The position numbers and the translations under genes were made by a program. A stretch of DNA of 64,000 nt from Candidatus Chisholmbacteria bacterium RIFCSPHIGHO2_01_FULL_52_32 (GTDB taxonomy: Bacteria; Patescibacteriota; Microgenomatia; UBA1400; Chisholmbacteraceae): assembly GCA_001816585.1 (NCBI GenBank), contig MHCJ01000003.1, positions 650,681-714,680 of the forward strand. Reading direction: 5' to 3'. Positions 19,764 through 29,507 of the stretch are shown in pieces. The stretch's first letter is position 1. Each line of letters opens with the position of its first letter. The notes below the pieces were generated by a model, which was given only the letters and a program-made list of their open reading frames with translations, was not told the origin of the DNA and made no database searches.

Positions 19764-19878
19764 AGTTTATCCTGGCAGGATTATTCCAGATAAGAAAAGC
19801 TGGAAGAGAAAATTCAAATCCCGAAGCGTCTTCGCGTATCTCTTCAATATCGAAAGATCGGACTTCTTGACAGCATTG

Positions 19879-20553
19879 TTATTTTTTCCCAGACAGAACG
19901 ACCATGGCTTTGTCTCCCAACAACAGCCGTAACAGAGGATTACTTAATCGGTCTTTCGTCGGATGGAACTTTTTTAACAGGTTGTAACTGTTATTCAATA
20001 CGCTTTCGGCTGTATCAGCTTCATTGAGCAACATTGTTTGATAGATCTCCAGGCATGTTTCTTTTTGTGTTTCCTCTAATTGCTCAAAGCTAAAATAACA
20101 GTCAGACAAACGGCTTTGCTGCAATCTGTAATCCAGTTCCACTAGCTCATTTGCGCTTTCTATTGCAGAGCTGTAGTAGATTTGTATTTCTCCCTGAATT
20201 TCAGGATCAAGTTCGACGGTATATTTGATGGCTTCAGAGTTTTGCCATACATTGCTGATGTATTTGAGAGGAGTATGGTAGTAATTCGGTAATTGTTTTT
20301 CCCTCACCTGATTTTCGTTCTGCTCTATTCTGACGCCGGCCCGTATGGCATTTGTGACGATTTCATTTTCGACTGCCTCGAGGATCCTTTGTTTCTGGAT
20401 GACTTCCTGAAGCTGTACTGTGGCAATATTGACGACAAGGCTGAATACCGCGCCGAAGATGAGCCCTCCCACGAAGTTATCGATTCTCGACTTCTTCAGG
20501 ATCCGGAAAGGCCAGGTGAAGAAATAGGTTATTGAGCTGATGAGTCTCCTCAT
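19879..20553 (-). CDS. hypothetical membrane-anchored protein (upstream partner of the nuclease)
   Basis: 224 aa with an N-terminal TM and a helical remainder. Same strand as the nuclease, 115 nt upstream. Confidence 0.5.
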   Translation of the reverse strand: MRRLISSITYFFTWPFRILKKSRIDNFVGGLIFGAVFSLVVNIATVQLQEVIQKQRILEAVENEIVTNAIRAGVRIEQNENQVREKQLPNYYHTPLKYISNVWQNSEAIKYTVELDPEIQGEIQIYYSSAIESANELVELDYRLQQSRLSDCYFSFEQLEETQKETCLEIYQTMLLNEADTAESVLNNSYNLLKKFHPTKDRLSNPLLRLLLGDKAMVVLSGKK

Positions 20554-20744
20554 GGTAGGTATGATCTTTTTATACCGATAAAAAACTGCCCTTTCGGACA
20601 GTTGGTATATTCTACCACTTCACTTGATAATCGGATGCCTTTTTAAGCTTTCCCTTATATACCATATCGTAACTTGACAGCAGCTACCCATTTCTGCCTA
20701 CAATTGAAAGAGTAAAACATTTCTGAAGAGGGGGGGTGATAGTA

Positions 20745-21434
20745 ATGGCGAAAAATGCAGGAATTTTCGATGATACCAAGAAACTTGTCATAGTCTTGGT
20801 ATTGCTGCTCTCCCTTCCTGTGGCACTGAGTCTTGTCAAATCACGCTCAAACATCATTTCCCAGGCAAGACCGGATGCTGTTACAGGGAGTGGTGCACCG
20901 AACGGTCCGCACTATAACCTGAACATCATCGGAGTCCCAAAGCAAAAATCTGCGGACATGACCGGAAGCGAGGGCCATCGCATTTTTGTCTCATTGGTCG
21001 GCAAAACCAAGATAAACTTGACTGAAGGAGAGGACTACCAGGTGCTCGATGCCAACGGAACAGATGGAACGGCAGCATTTCAATTACCCAATCCCGACCC
21101 TGACAACGACGGCATAACGGAATATTCGGTTTGGGCCAGACCCTTGGGGAAGCCTGGAGGAAAATCATCCACAACCACCTGTGCAGTTGATGAATTGGGT
21201 CAGGAATGGTGTTCCGTCTATACGCTCGTTCTCGTCCGCGAGGCAGGCAACAGTAAATTCACCGATGTCTCAAAGCAGTTGCTCTATATATATGTTGACC
21301 TGAATGGAGACGGGGCGGTCGAGCGTTATCCGCTCTTTGACGATGCGCTCCAGGGTTACTTTTGGAACTATGATAACCAAGGAATGAAGCTGGTGCAATT
21401 GAGGTTCTATCAAGTGATCTCAAACGTCAACTGA
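20745..21434 (+). CDS. hypothetical secreted/membrane-anchored protein
   Basis: N-terminal hydrophobic signal-anchor, Gly/Asp/Thr-rich middle. No known motif. Confidence 0.45.
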   Translation: MAKNAGIFDDTKKLVIVLVLLLSLPVALSLVKSRSNIISQARPDAVTGSGAPNGPHYNLNIIGVPKQKSADMTGSEGHRIFVSLVGKTKINLTEGEDYQVLDANGTDGTAAFQLPNPDPDNDGITEYSVWARPLGKPGGKSSTTTCAVDELGQEWCSVYTLVLVREAGNSKFTDVSKQLLYIYVDLNGDGAVERYPLFDDALQGYFWNYDNQGMKLVQLRFYQVISNVN

Positions 21435-21558
21435 CATTTCGTCAAGGCGATATCCTGTCCGGTGTGGGATTCACTCTGCTTTTCGGAGCAGGGAAAGTGT
21501 TGTGTTGGTGGAAAGTAAGAGAGGTTAAGGAAACATTACTCACGGAGTGTTTTGAGCA

Positions 21559-22020
21559 TCAACGCGAGATCGCCCCACCCGCGTAGAAGAAGAAGTACAC
21601 TTCTTTTCCGCTCTTATAGATTTTTTCCGATCCGGACATTTCATCTATTGATCCCGGAGAATCCGGAATACACTCGTAGCTGTAATTCTCAAGTACCCAC
21701 TCAACCTTTTTCCATATTCTTGTTGTATTCCAGTTCTCAAGAAGAGCCTTCCGGAGGACTCGATCAATTTCTTTCTCGGTCAATTTCCGGAAATTCCCAT
21801 AGTAGCTCATCGACCATACCGGATGATCGCGGAAATACACAGTTTCAAGGCCCATGAAGATCCCCCGACCGGTGTAATAGATATCCCGATACAGCCAATC
21901 ATGGTTCCTATACTCGAGTTGGGTTAAGCCGGAAAATACCGGTTTGACTTGCCCTCCCGCCCCTGCATAGGTCTTGGTTCTCGCTTGAAGGAGAAAGTCC
22001 GTGAGTTTCGTCTTCTTCAT
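21559..22020 (-). CDS. hypothetical protein (DUF5680-like)
   Basis: 153 aa. The WLYRDIYYTGRG...WSMSYYG pattern is recalled from the DUF5680 family (low certainty). Confidence 0.4.
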   Translation of the reverse strand: MKKTKLTDFLLQARTKTYAGAGGQVKPVFSGLTQLEYRNHDWLYRDIYYTGRGIFMGLETVYFRDHPVWSMSYYGNFRKLTEKEIDRVLRKALLENWNTTRIWKKVEWVLENYSYECIPDSPGSIDEMSGSEKIYKSGKEVYFFFYAGGAISR

Positions 22021-22050
22021 AAGCTCACAAAGTATCCCAACTCAAATCTG

Positions 22051-22066
22051 GCGGAAGTATAGCAAA
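22051..22066 (-). promoter_or_regulatory. conserved promoter-like motif (TTTGCTATACTTCCGC) upstream of 21559..22020
   Basis: Second copy of the motif described at 17215-17230. Confidence 0.35.
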
Positions 22067-22114
22067 TATGGAGAGGCAATAGCGTCGAGTAGCCGGTCTC
22101 TTCACGAAAAGAAA

Positions 22115-22378
22115 TTATTTATAGAGCTGACTGTGAGTACCGAGCGCATCAAAAAAGATAAGATTCTGTTGTGGGAATTCTCGGAAAATAGCCCGCCAGT
22201 CACCTGTGATGTTGATGCTCCGGTATCCTCTAAGCCTTCCGCTCAATTCATGATTGTGGAGAATCGGATCATTCGGTTCTTTCTCGAAGCGTTTGAGTCT
22301 GGTATCAAATGCGTCCTGAATTGCTTTTGGAGTTTTATCGTACTGCTTTCGGAATTGCCGACTGAACCGTACCTGCAT
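22115..22378 (-). CDS. RelE/YafQ-family toxin
   Basis: 87 aa; MQVRFSRQFRKQYDK...HELSGRLRGYRSINITGDWRAIF is typical YafQ/RelE. Confidence 0.8.
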   Translation of the reverse strand: MQVRFSRQFRKQYDKTPKAIQDAFDTRLKRFEKEPNDPILHNHELSGRLRGYRSINITGDWRAIFREFPQQNLIFFDALGTHSQLYK

Positions 22379-22661
22379 CGAACCTATTCTTCCTCTTTAG
22401 CCAGGTAATAGCTTCTTTTGCAGTTTTAAATCTTGGAGAAACCCGACCGGCTTGCCTATTTTTCTCAGATGCTTCAAGCACGCGCAGGAGATACTCGCTG
22501 GGCTCTTCTTTTAGCGTAAAATGCACAGACTTGGAGCGCACCAGATCTCTAAGGTAGGCATTGATCAAGGAACTCAAGCTGAAGCCCAACTGCGAAGCCA
22601 CTCGCTGAGCCATGGTCTTCATTTTGATATCGGTTTTGATGTTGATTACAGCGGTATTCAT
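22335..22661 (-). CDS. DinJ/RelB-family antitoxin
   Basis: MNTAVINIKTDIKMKTMAQRVASQLGFSLSSLINAYLRDLVR is typical DinJ. Start set at the internal Met (track ORF to 22808). It overlaps the toxin start by 44 nt. Confidence 0.75.
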   Translation of the reverse strand: MNTAVINIKTDIKMKTMAQRVASQLGFSLSSLINAYLRDLVRSKSVHFTLKEEPSEYLLRVLEASEKNRQAGRVSPRFKTAKEAITWLKRKNRFDAGTVQSAIPKAVR

Positions 22662-22712
22662 ATATGTACGTAGTATATACATTATATACACTATTGTCAA
22701 TACCTTAATCTG

Positions 22713-22727
22713 GGGAAGTATAGCAAA
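22713..22727 (-). promoter_or_regulatory. conserved promoter-like motif upstream of the DinJ/YafQ pair
   Basis: Third copy of the TTTGCTATACTTCC motif. Confidence 0.35.
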
Positions 22728-22790
22728 TCTTGAGAGATCTCCGGTTCGGAGAATGCGCCGAGAGGTCGGACCTCTATACAACAGGACGAG

Positions 22791-22927
22791 TGACAAGGTC
22801 ACACGCATATGCGTGTTCGGTGGTCAGCATTAGTCGCAGCTCAGAACTGTATACACTATATTTTCAAACTTATTTCAATGAATCGATTCATTGAAATTGT
22901 ACGGAATACTATTCGTTGCAGGTCGGA
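22791..22927. repeat. composite repeat, copy 1: A-box (tgacaaggtcaCACGCATATGCGTGttcggtggtcag) plus a 98-nt unit with internal 20-nt perfect palindrome tcaatgaatcgattcattga
   Basis: Identical by eye to 24227..24363 except for 2-3 nt in the A-box. Confidence 0.9.
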
Positions 22928-22996
22928 GCTGTAAGGAAAAATGAGGGTAAAAAATCCCGAGGTGTCCCCAGTGGAGTAGAAGCCTCCACGGGGCAA

Positions 22997-23021
22997 GCTT
23001 GAGAATTGCACCTCCCAGGTG
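22997..23021. repeat. C-module repeat gcttgagaattgCACCTcccAGGTG (copies also at 23504-23528 and 28236-28260)
   Basis: Three identical copies, each containing the palindrome CACCTCCCAGGTG. Confidence 0.85.
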
Positions 23022-23091
23022 TAATACAATCCTGAGTTGGAAGAGTGGAAGAAGAGTCATCAGATATGATATTGTGATGTTAACGTAACAT

Positions 23092-23439
23092 ATGAAAGAC
23101 GAGTGGATTTCATATACGGCTGGGGTTACTCAGTTTCTCTTTTCTGTGTATTACTTTTTCACTGCATTTCGTATTTCGGCAATCTATCAGAATTTGAATG
23201 TTCCACAACCAAATCCGGTGTTTCAGAACCTGCCAGCCATTCTGTTTCTTTTCTTCGCGATAGCAAACCTCTATTACGGGTATGCTCGAAAAACAGTAAC
23301 TAAAAAGGGGAAACAGATTCGGTATTCTTCCATAATTAGTATCATACTTATGATACTTCCATTCGCTGTAATGTATTTCTTCGCTTATTTTTCTTCAATG
23401 AATGTATTGAAATCTATTCAGGAAATGGGCGTCTATTAA
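23092..23439 (+). CDS. small hypothetical membrane protein (cassette ORF)
   Basis: 115 aa with 3-4 hydrophobic helices, flanked by repeat modules. Confidence 0.45.
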   Translation: MKDEWISYTAGVTQFLFSVYYFFTAFRISAIYQNLNVPQPNPVFQNLPAILFLFFAIANLYYGYARKTVTKKGKQIRYSSIISIILMILPFAVMYFFAYFSSMNVLKSIQEMGVY

Positions 23440-23503
23440 CTCCTTCAATTTTTTTTATAATCCTATTCTTCGGGCAGAATCATGCCAGCTTTGGAAATGG
23501 AGT

Positions 23504-23612
23504 GGCTTGAGAATTGCACCTCCCAGGTGGAAGACTAACCAACTGGTACGCGATCGCGTGGGAGGTGGTCAGAATTGGTTACAGGTCGCTCCTGCAAGAA
23601 AAGCAGATGTGG
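23504..23612. repeat. C-module + A-box variant (CGCGATCGCG core) + B-module hairpin (ttacaggtcgctcctgcaa)
   Basis: Concatenation of three repeat modules seen elsewhere in the array. Confidence 0.8.
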
Positions 23613-23682
23613 AGAGGAAGAAATAAAAAGCCGATTTCCCGATGTGTCTTGAGGTAACCACTCCCGGTGTGGAATCTCCCGT

Positions 23683-23754
23683 AGCTGCAAGAAATTAAAG
23701 CCTTTAAGGATAAAATCTTGAGGTGTCTTGATTAAATCACCTCCGGGGGTGATT
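23683..23754. repeat. B-module (ctgcaagaaattaaagcctttaaggataaaat) plus D-module (aatcacctccgggggtgatta) at the 3' end of 23737..24069
   Basis: D-module copies also sit at the stop codons of two other minus-strand genes (28425-28448, 29482-29503). Confidence 0.8.
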
Positions 23755-24069
23755 ATACTGAGCCATGCGTTGCTGAAGAAGAGTTATTATACGTATCCCG
23801 ATCATAAAAACAACATACCAAATAACTAGATTCAACAAAAGATTTACAAAAGTAAATTTCAGTTCACATTGAGGAAGAAAATCGATATTCGGATGTTGCT
23901 GGACAAATTCATCTACTTCTCTTGAATATTTACATTCGTAACTAAGAAACTTCGGAGCTCCAACTTCTCCCACAAGATAGTAGAATTCGATTACATGGAT
24001 GGCAAGAAATATGACAAGAAATAGAAGCAGTTCGCGCTTGGTAGGTTTCAAGAATGCAATTGAGAGCAT
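23737..24069 (-). CDS. small hypothetical membrane protein (cassette ORF)
   Basis: 110 aa with 3 hydrophobic helices. Confidence 0.45.
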   Translation of the reverse strand: MLSIAFLKPTKRELLLFLVIFLAIHVIEFYYLVGEVGAPKFLSYECKYSREVDEFVQQHPNIDFLPQCELKFTFVNLLLNLVIWYVVFMIGIRIITLLQQRMAQYNHPRR

Positions 24070-24226
24070 AGCTGCCTGTCAAAAGATTTCCTCTATTCCC
24101 ACTGATAATATCACTTATACCACCTCCGCGGTGTTCAACACCAGGTTGGTCAACATTTTCGTTAACCTCGACATTCTCAAATTCTTAAGAAATTGAGAAT
24201 AAAGAAGAAAGATAAACTTGGGAGAC

Positions 24227-24363
24227 TGACAAGGTCACACGCATAGGCGTGTCCGGTGGTCAGCTTTAGTCGCAGCTCAGAACTGTATACACTATATTTT
24301 CAAACTTATTTCAATGAATCGATTCATTGAAATTGTACGGAATACTATTCGTTGCAGGTCGGA
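24227..24363. repeat. composite repeat, copy 2 (A-box + identical 98-nt unit)
   Basis: See 22791..22927. Confidence 0.9.
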
Positions 24364-24382
24364 CCTCTTCACGACAGCATAA

Positions 24383-24510
24383 TGACAAGCAGACATGCGA
24401 TCGCGTGTTTGGTGGTCAGATGGGCAGATGAGATGAGTTTAGTGGGTTGCAGGTCGCGGCGACAAGAAATTGAAGCGTTCAAGGATAAAATACCGAGGTG
24501 GCTTGGCTTG
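24383..24510. repeat. A-box variant (CATGCGATCGCGTG) followed by a full B-module (gggttgcaggtcgcggcgacaagaaattgaagcgttcaaggataaaataccgaggtggcttgg)
   Basis: The same A+B arrangement recurs at 27134-27262 and 28270-28375. Confidence 0.85.
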
Positions 24511-24844
24511 GATTACTCCCGGAGTTGTTCAGGTACTCAAGCTTTACCATTAGAATCCCGGTGTGGATCAACACGCTTTTCACTGAAAGCGCTTCCTTTT
24601 GACTCTCACCGGAGGCTTTGATAGACTTACTCAACAAATGAAGGAATCGAGAATGATGGGGAGAGAATTGGCTCGTTGATCCATCTAGCAACCGAGTCAG
24701 ACGGCATGTCAGACCGCGGTGCTCCACCCAACCCTGTATAGAGGGAAGGATTAGTCCAAACCTGCAATCAGCCGGGCGGAAAAATGGTTTACACCTCTTC
24801 TCTCACAGAAGAGGTTTTTTTTATGAAACAGAGGTGAAAAGAAG

Positions 24845-25861
24845 ATGAGTGAACAATTGAGAAGAACCGAGGGAAAATCAGACGAAGAAGGTTCTCCGAA
24901 ATACTACTGTGTCTTAGAGCTTGATCAGGAGAGTCCGCCACCGGAATCACTGGTGATTGGAAAAAGGGGGACACACGGTGAGGTATGGACTCCTGATATT
25001 GACTTACCCGGTCATTTAGGCCTCTTTAAAAGCACCATTGCAAAGAAGCAAATGGATATCAATTCTCTGAACAAAACAATAACATTGGGTGAGGAGGCCT
25101 TTGAAAGCACATATCATAACGGAAGACTGCTTGAGAGAGGAGAGCTGGTGCCGCTTCTGGACGGTGATATGGTGAACATCGGTGATATCCAACTTTTTAT
25201 TCACTTTGTTCCCTCAACCGGCACGGGCAAACCATTTTATCTCTACACAATATGTGATCGTATTCCTCTGTATAGCAAAAAGTCCGATATGCCGAAAACG
25301 CCCTGGAATCCGGAGGGGTATTCTCCACAGGAGACCATGGTTGTTGAACAACTTCAGAAAGAAGTACCGGTATGGCTGGTAAAAGAGGCGCAAAAAGATG
25401 CACGGACATGGGATCTGAAAGATATTGAACTGCTTACAAAATATCTAGAAGCAGAGAGACTCGAGCGGGAAACGGAATCCAAGCGAAATCCTTCAGATCT
25501 CCCTACCGGAGGTCTGGAACGGCACCGGCAGTTAATGGCAAAAATTGATGAACAACACCAAGAACAAAAAAAAGCATGGCTTACACATCAAATGGAGCGC
25601 AAACCCGTCTACTCGCCAACCAAAGAGGAAGGGATTTTTGCCGGAATATTCGGCTTTCTCGTGTCTGCTTGGTCGGCACGTGAATTTCCGTATTACCAAA
25701 CACCAAGTGGAGTTTATTTTTTTGAATGGACAGATGACGAGGGGAAAAATAAAAAAGTGATACAGCTTGATCTTGATGACATGATTGAAGCGGATAGTGT
25801 TCTATTCTTCTCCGCAGAATCCTGGTTAGAGCATGAACCGATAGACTTAAGAAAGCGGTAA
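24845..25861 (+). CDS. hypothetical protein with N-terminal FHA-like domain
   Basis: Residues ~35-125 (IGKRGTHG...YHNGRLLERGELVPLLDGDMVNIGDIQLFI) fit the FHA pattern. The C-terminal 200 aa are unknown. Confidence 0.45.
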   Translation: MSEQLRRTEGKSDEEGSPKYYCVLELDQESPPPESLVIGKRGTHGEVWTPDIDLPGHLGLFKSTIAKKQMDINSLNKTITLGEEAFESTYHNGRLLERGELVPLLDGDMVNIGDIQLFIHFVPSTGTGKPFYLYTICDRIPLYSKKSDMPKTPWNPEGYSPQETMVVEQLQKEVPVWLVKEAQKDARTWDLKDIELLTKYLEAERLERETESKRNPSDLPTGGLERHRQLMAKIDEQHQEQKKAWLTHQMERKPVYSPTKEEGIFAGIFGFLVSAWSAREFPYYQTPSGVYFFEWTDDEGKNKKVIQLDLDDMIEADSVLFFSAESWLEHEPIDLRKR

Positions 25862-25983
25862 TAATCTCCCGGACTGTTCCCCAGCCGAATCTTAAGAAAG
25901 GGTAACGGGTTGCAGGGCGTACCTGCATGAAGGATCGGAAAGACTCCGCGAGATTGGTTCGCTTCGGGAAGGAAAGAAGAAGA

Positions 25984-26238
25984 TTAGTTCTTATCCGTAA
26001 CTCCGGCGTTCTGGTCAAGTCGGTCGATTGTCTCCAGACACTTGGTTGAGAATTCGGCCAAACTGGTGATCAATTTTCTATTAGCTTTCGTATAGCCGCT
26101 TGAAGGATCGGAGAGCCGAGGCCACTCTTTCTTCAAGTTTTTTTGATAACTCAAAAGCATCTTTTTTAATTTTCGCCGCTCCTTTGGAGTCCGAAGGATA
26201 TATTCAAGTCGGTTCTTCAACTTATTATCTACCCTCAC
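25984..26238 (-). CDS. small hypothetical ORF
   Basis: 84-aa basic ORF in an otherwise empty interval. No motif. Confidence 0.25.
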   Translation of the reverse strand: MRVDNKLKNRLEYILRTPKERRKLKKMLLSYQKNLKKEWPRLSDPSSGYTKANRKLITSLAEFSTKCLETIDRLDQNAGVTDKN

Positions 26239-26370
26239 AGTTTGCAGTATACCAGATCTGGAGAGGCCTTCGGCTTAGACCTTCGGTTCGGCAACCTCTG
26301 GTTCTGAGAAGAGCCTCTGGCTCGGAGAGGAATGGCGTTGAGAGGTCGGGACTCTTGATAACAGAACGAG

Positions 26371-26407
26371 TGACAAGGTTGCACGTATATGCGTGTGCGG
26401 TGGTCAG
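26371..26407. repeat. A-box copy (tgacaaggttgCACGTATATGCGTGtgcggtggtcag) preceded by an E-module (gagaggtcgggactcttgataacagaacgag) that also precedes the 22791 copy
   Basis: Directly visible. Confidence 0.85.
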
Positions 26408-26408
26408 G

Positions 26409-27032
26409 TTACAGATGGAAGTATTCTTTGTATGCGTCTTCGTTTTCCAAGTACCCTATCGTCAGTAGCGTGACATTTTCGCCAATACCATAGAGTTCAC
26501 GGATAAAGTCAATTGCTTCGTTACACGGATAGGGAAAAAGATAGACGCTCTTCTGGAGTTGTAAAAATCCAAGTCGTTTTAAGGTGTCTCGCATGGCGTC
26601 TCTGGCTCGATTTTTTCCTTTTGGCACATCGTAGGAAACGATCCGCCATCTTTTATCCCAGGAAGATGGTGTCGGTATTGTCAGATCGCTAATCTTGTAT
26701 TGAAGGAGTCTTTTCCTGCCTTTTTCCGTAATTTGAACCGCATATCTTTCCCCGATCCTATATATCCTGATTAGCTTCTTTTTCCGCATCTCTAAGAGTC
26801 GTCGGCGCAATCGCCGCTGATCAAACTGCTCCCATTCCTCTTCTTCAGGATACTCCTGTTTTTCAAAGCGATACCCCCGTAACAGTATCGGCAGACCGGG
26901 CATGATAAGGCTCCCGGCAATGAACGCACCAATCCCTGCAATCATGAGGATCTGTTTTGCGACCGGATAGGTTTTGCTGATCTTTTTCTTGCCCTTCTTC
27001 TCCGACATGCTTTGTGTCCTGGTTTTGTCCAC
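26409..27032 (-). CDS. membrane-anchored PaaX-C-like (Cas2-fold) domain protein
   Basis: N-terminal TM, then W-RIVSYDVPKGKNRARDAMRDTLKRLGFLQLQKSVYLFPYP matching the PaaX C-terminal domain pattern. Confidence 0.55.
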   Translation of the reverse strand: MDKTRTQSMSEKKGKKKISKTYPVAKQILMIAGIGAFIAGSLIMPGLPILLRGYRFEKQEYPEEEEWEQFDQRRLRRRLLEMRKKKLIRIYRIGERYAVQITEKGRKRLLQYKISDLTIPTPSSWDKRWRIVSYDVPKGKNRARDAMRDTLKRLGFLQLQKSVYLFPYPCNEAIDFIRELYGIGENVTLLTIGYLENEDAYKEYFHL

Positions 27033-27054
27033 TGTAGCTTAATATTTGAAGAGT

Positions 27055-27262
27055 GACAAGGTTACACGCATATGCGTGTCCGGTGGTCAGTAGTTCATGG
27101 CGGGGGGAAAATGCGTTGGGCAGGAAAATGGAGTGACAAGCGGGCACGCATATGCGTGTGCGGTGGTCAGTGAAAGTCAGGTTAGGTGGGCAAATGAGGT
27201 GGGGTTGCAGGGTGTACCTGCAAGAAATTAAAGTCTTCAAGGATAAAATGCCTGGGTGGCTT
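27055..27262. repeat. A-box, 41-nt linker (tagttcatggcggggggaaaatgcgttgggcaggaaaatggagt), A-box, B-module
   Basis: The same A-linker-A architecture with a similar linker occurs at 28057-28172. Confidence 0.85.
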
Positions 27263-27649
27263 GGCTACCCGTCCGTCCTTCCCTCGTAGCATCAGCGGAG
27301 CGACTCGTCAGGCGGATCCCATCGAACGGTAGGTCGAGAGTAAATCGCTCCGGAATGGAGAAGTAATGTGATAAACTACCAGGCATTATTCTGGATTAAA
27401 ATATCCTGAGAGAAATCTTGTATGAGCCAAGAAGACGGTGTCTTGCTCAGTGGGCAGTATCCGGAGAGGCGTTTGGAGGATGGCAGAGTCATTCCCAGCT
27501 GGCTGGTGGTACTGTACTGGAAGGATCGATTTTTAGGATAGGGAACATCCGGGAAAAGACCACACGTCTACAACATTGATCCCTCAGACTTTCACAAGAG
27601 CCTAAGTTTTGAGTGGGGACCATACAGTTCGATTGCAGCCTCCGCTCAT

Positions 27650-27949
27650 ATGCACTTGGCCAAAGAATATGGTTCGGACTTAGGACCTACGGTGACTCCC
27701 CAAGAAATAATCAAAGGTAATACATTAGGTGATAACGGCGAAGAACTGGAATTGGATCAGATCCTGGAAAAGTTCGCTCTGCAAGGAATGGATCCGGAGA
27801 CCGACTCGCACTTTGGTTTTATTACAATGGCGAGGCCATCAACTGAGGAAGAACTACAGCGTAAGAATGAATGGATACAGGAAAGGTTTGAGGAGAGTAT
27901 CGAGAGACAGAAGCGGATCTGCGAAGAAGCCGGTTTTCCTTTCGATTAG
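27650..27949 (+). CDS. small hypothetical acidic protein (cassette ORF)
   Basis: 99-aa ORF with no motif. Confidence 0.35.
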   Translation: MHLAKEYGSDLGPTVTPQEIIKGNTLGDNGEELELDQILEKFALQGMDPETDSHFGFITMARPSTEEELQRKNEWIQERFEESIERQKRICEEAGFPFD

Positions 27950-28056
27950 CTGATACAAAGAATGCCCCCTTTGGACGCTCGACATCTTCGAAGAGAACTC
28001 GAAGCGATATTTGCTTAACGCTTATCAGAAGTCGGGATGTCTCATTATTGGATAAT

Positions 28057-28375
28057 TGACAAGGTCGCACGCATATGCGTGTTTGGTGGTCAGGTGGTCA
28101 TGGCGGAGGGAAATGAGGCGGGCAGGAAAATGAGGTGACATACAGACACGCGATCGCGTGGGCGGTGGTCAGAATTGGTTACAGGCCGGATCTATAAGGA
28201 AAAAACCACTCACGAGGTTAAAAACTCCCTAGGTGGCTTGAGAATTGCACCTCCCAGGTGGAAGACTAGTGACAAACAGACACGCGATCGCGTGTTTGGT
28301 GGTCAGTGTGAGTCAGATTAGGTGGGCAGTTGAGGTAGGGTTGCAGGGCGTAGCTGCAAGAAAAGCCGCCACCTG
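28057..28375. repeat. dense repeat block: A, linker, A, partial B, C, A, B
   Basis: Three A-boxes (28057-28093, 28136-28172, 28270-28306), a C-module at 28236-28260 and a B hairpin ttgcagggcgtagctgcaa at ~28343. Confidence 0.85.
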
Positions 28376-28424
28376 CCGATAAAAGCAGTTTTTTCCAAAA
28401 ACTGCTATCGCGGGCAGGTTTGAG

Positions 28425-28448
28425 TAAATCACCTCCGGGGTGGTTAAA
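28425..28448. repeat. D-module (taaatcacctccggggtggttaaata) at the stop of 28444..28680
   Basis: Copy of the 23734-23754 module. Confidence 0.8.
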
Positions 28449-28680
28449 TACTTGTCTTGATTTTTCCGTGAAGCTTTCTATCGGTTTCGGTATTGATCAC
28501 TGCTGCCAACTCTGCTTCATCCTGGTATTTTTCCGGTGTAACGGAAAACCAGCAGTTATCATCACCAGGCTTATAGTTCACTCTCAATTCGTGTTCATCA
28601 GCACCCTCGATATCCAATGCGATACTCTGATCTACCAATGCTCTGACCTTTTTGAAGTCCATATTTTCACCGCCTTTCAA
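28444..28680 (-). CDS. small hypothetical protein (cassette ORF)
   Basis: 78 aa, acidic. No motif. Confidence 0.35.
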   Translation of the reverse strand: MKGGENMDFKKVRALVDQSIALDIEGADEHELRVNYKPGDDNCWFSVTPEKYQDEAELAAVINTETDRKLHGKIKTSI

Positions 28681-28709
28681 GGATCGAACGTTGATAATTG
28701 TAAGATATT

Positions 28710-28925
28710 CTATTCGAACCGATTCCCTCTCGCTTCGGTATCCTCTCCTTCATCCTGAATGCCAGTATCAAGTCCAATGAATCTATTGTTAAAGAACTTG
28801 TTACCTTTTCCTCTGTTCAGAATCCCGATGCGTTTCGTTCTTTCGATCGGATTTTCGCTCGGATTCGATCGCCCAACATTGACATGTAAATGTGGTTCGA
28901 CTTTGACATTATTGATGTCGCCCAT
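28710..28925 (-). CDS. small hypothetical protein (cassette ORF)
   Basis: 71-aa ORF. Confidence 0.3.
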   Translation of the reverse strand: MGDINNVKVEPHLHVNVGRSNPSENPIERTKRIGILNRGKGNKFFNNRFIGLDTGIQDEGEDTEARGNRFE

Positions 28926-28940
28926 GATCCACCTCCTTCC

Positions 28941-29171
28941 TTAAAGTGTGGTTGTCGTCGATGAATTGTAAATGCTGGTTCCAGATGCGGTGGTAGTTGT
29001 CAAAGTAAAAACATCCCATCGTTCAACTGTTCGCTGTGGTTCAGCCGGAAGGTCATGATGTACACGACAATAGCCTTTTGTGCAGGCAAGATACGGTGAT
29101 GCCAAGCTGGCGCAAATGCAGATGGCAAACCCAGCCTTCTTAGCGTAATCAAGCCATTCAATGTCGTTCAT
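28941..29171 (-). CDS. small Cys-rich hypothetical protein (cassette ORF)
   Basis: 76 aa with a CICAS...C..YC..HH cluster and a Thr-rich tail. Confidence 0.3.
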   Translation of the reverse strand: MNDIEWLDYAKKAGFAICICASLASPYLACTKGYCRVHHDLPAEPQRTVERWDVFTLTTTTASGTSIYNSSTTTTL

Positions 29172-29481
29172 GTTGCCCTATCTCCTATGTTTCCGTCCGT
29201 GCTTCTGACTGAGAGCACTTCCGGCAACGGATTTGGTCCTTCGAGTAGTACGCCTGCTCCTCAAAAGTGAGGATGCTTTTCGAGCTACCCTCCTACTGGT
29301 TACCTTTGGATGCGCCATGGTTGTTCGCCTCCCTTCATTAGCACTCGATAATATTGACTGACAATATAGAACGAAAAAAAATGCTTGTAAAGCAGAAAAA
29401 TGCCCGAAGCAATATCAAGGTGGTGGACGTTCGTGCTCCTACCTCAAGGAACTGGCTGCCGCAGGCCTGGGGTGCTTAGAG

Positions 29482-29503
29482 TAATCCACCTCCGGGGTGG
29501 TTA
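29482..29503. repeat. D-module (taatccacctccggggtggttaat) at the stop of 29508..30479
   Basis: Third copy of the D-module. Confidence 0.8.
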
Positions 29504-29507
29504 ATTG

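Noticed and set aside
22791-28306. CRISPR array hypothesis for the ~36-nt A-box repeats
   Set aside because: Spacing between copies is highly irregular (78 to ~2000 nt). The spacers between adjacent copies are themselves repeated (the 41-nt linker is shared between 27092-27133 and 28094-28135). Protein-coding ORFs lie between copies, and no cas genes are present.
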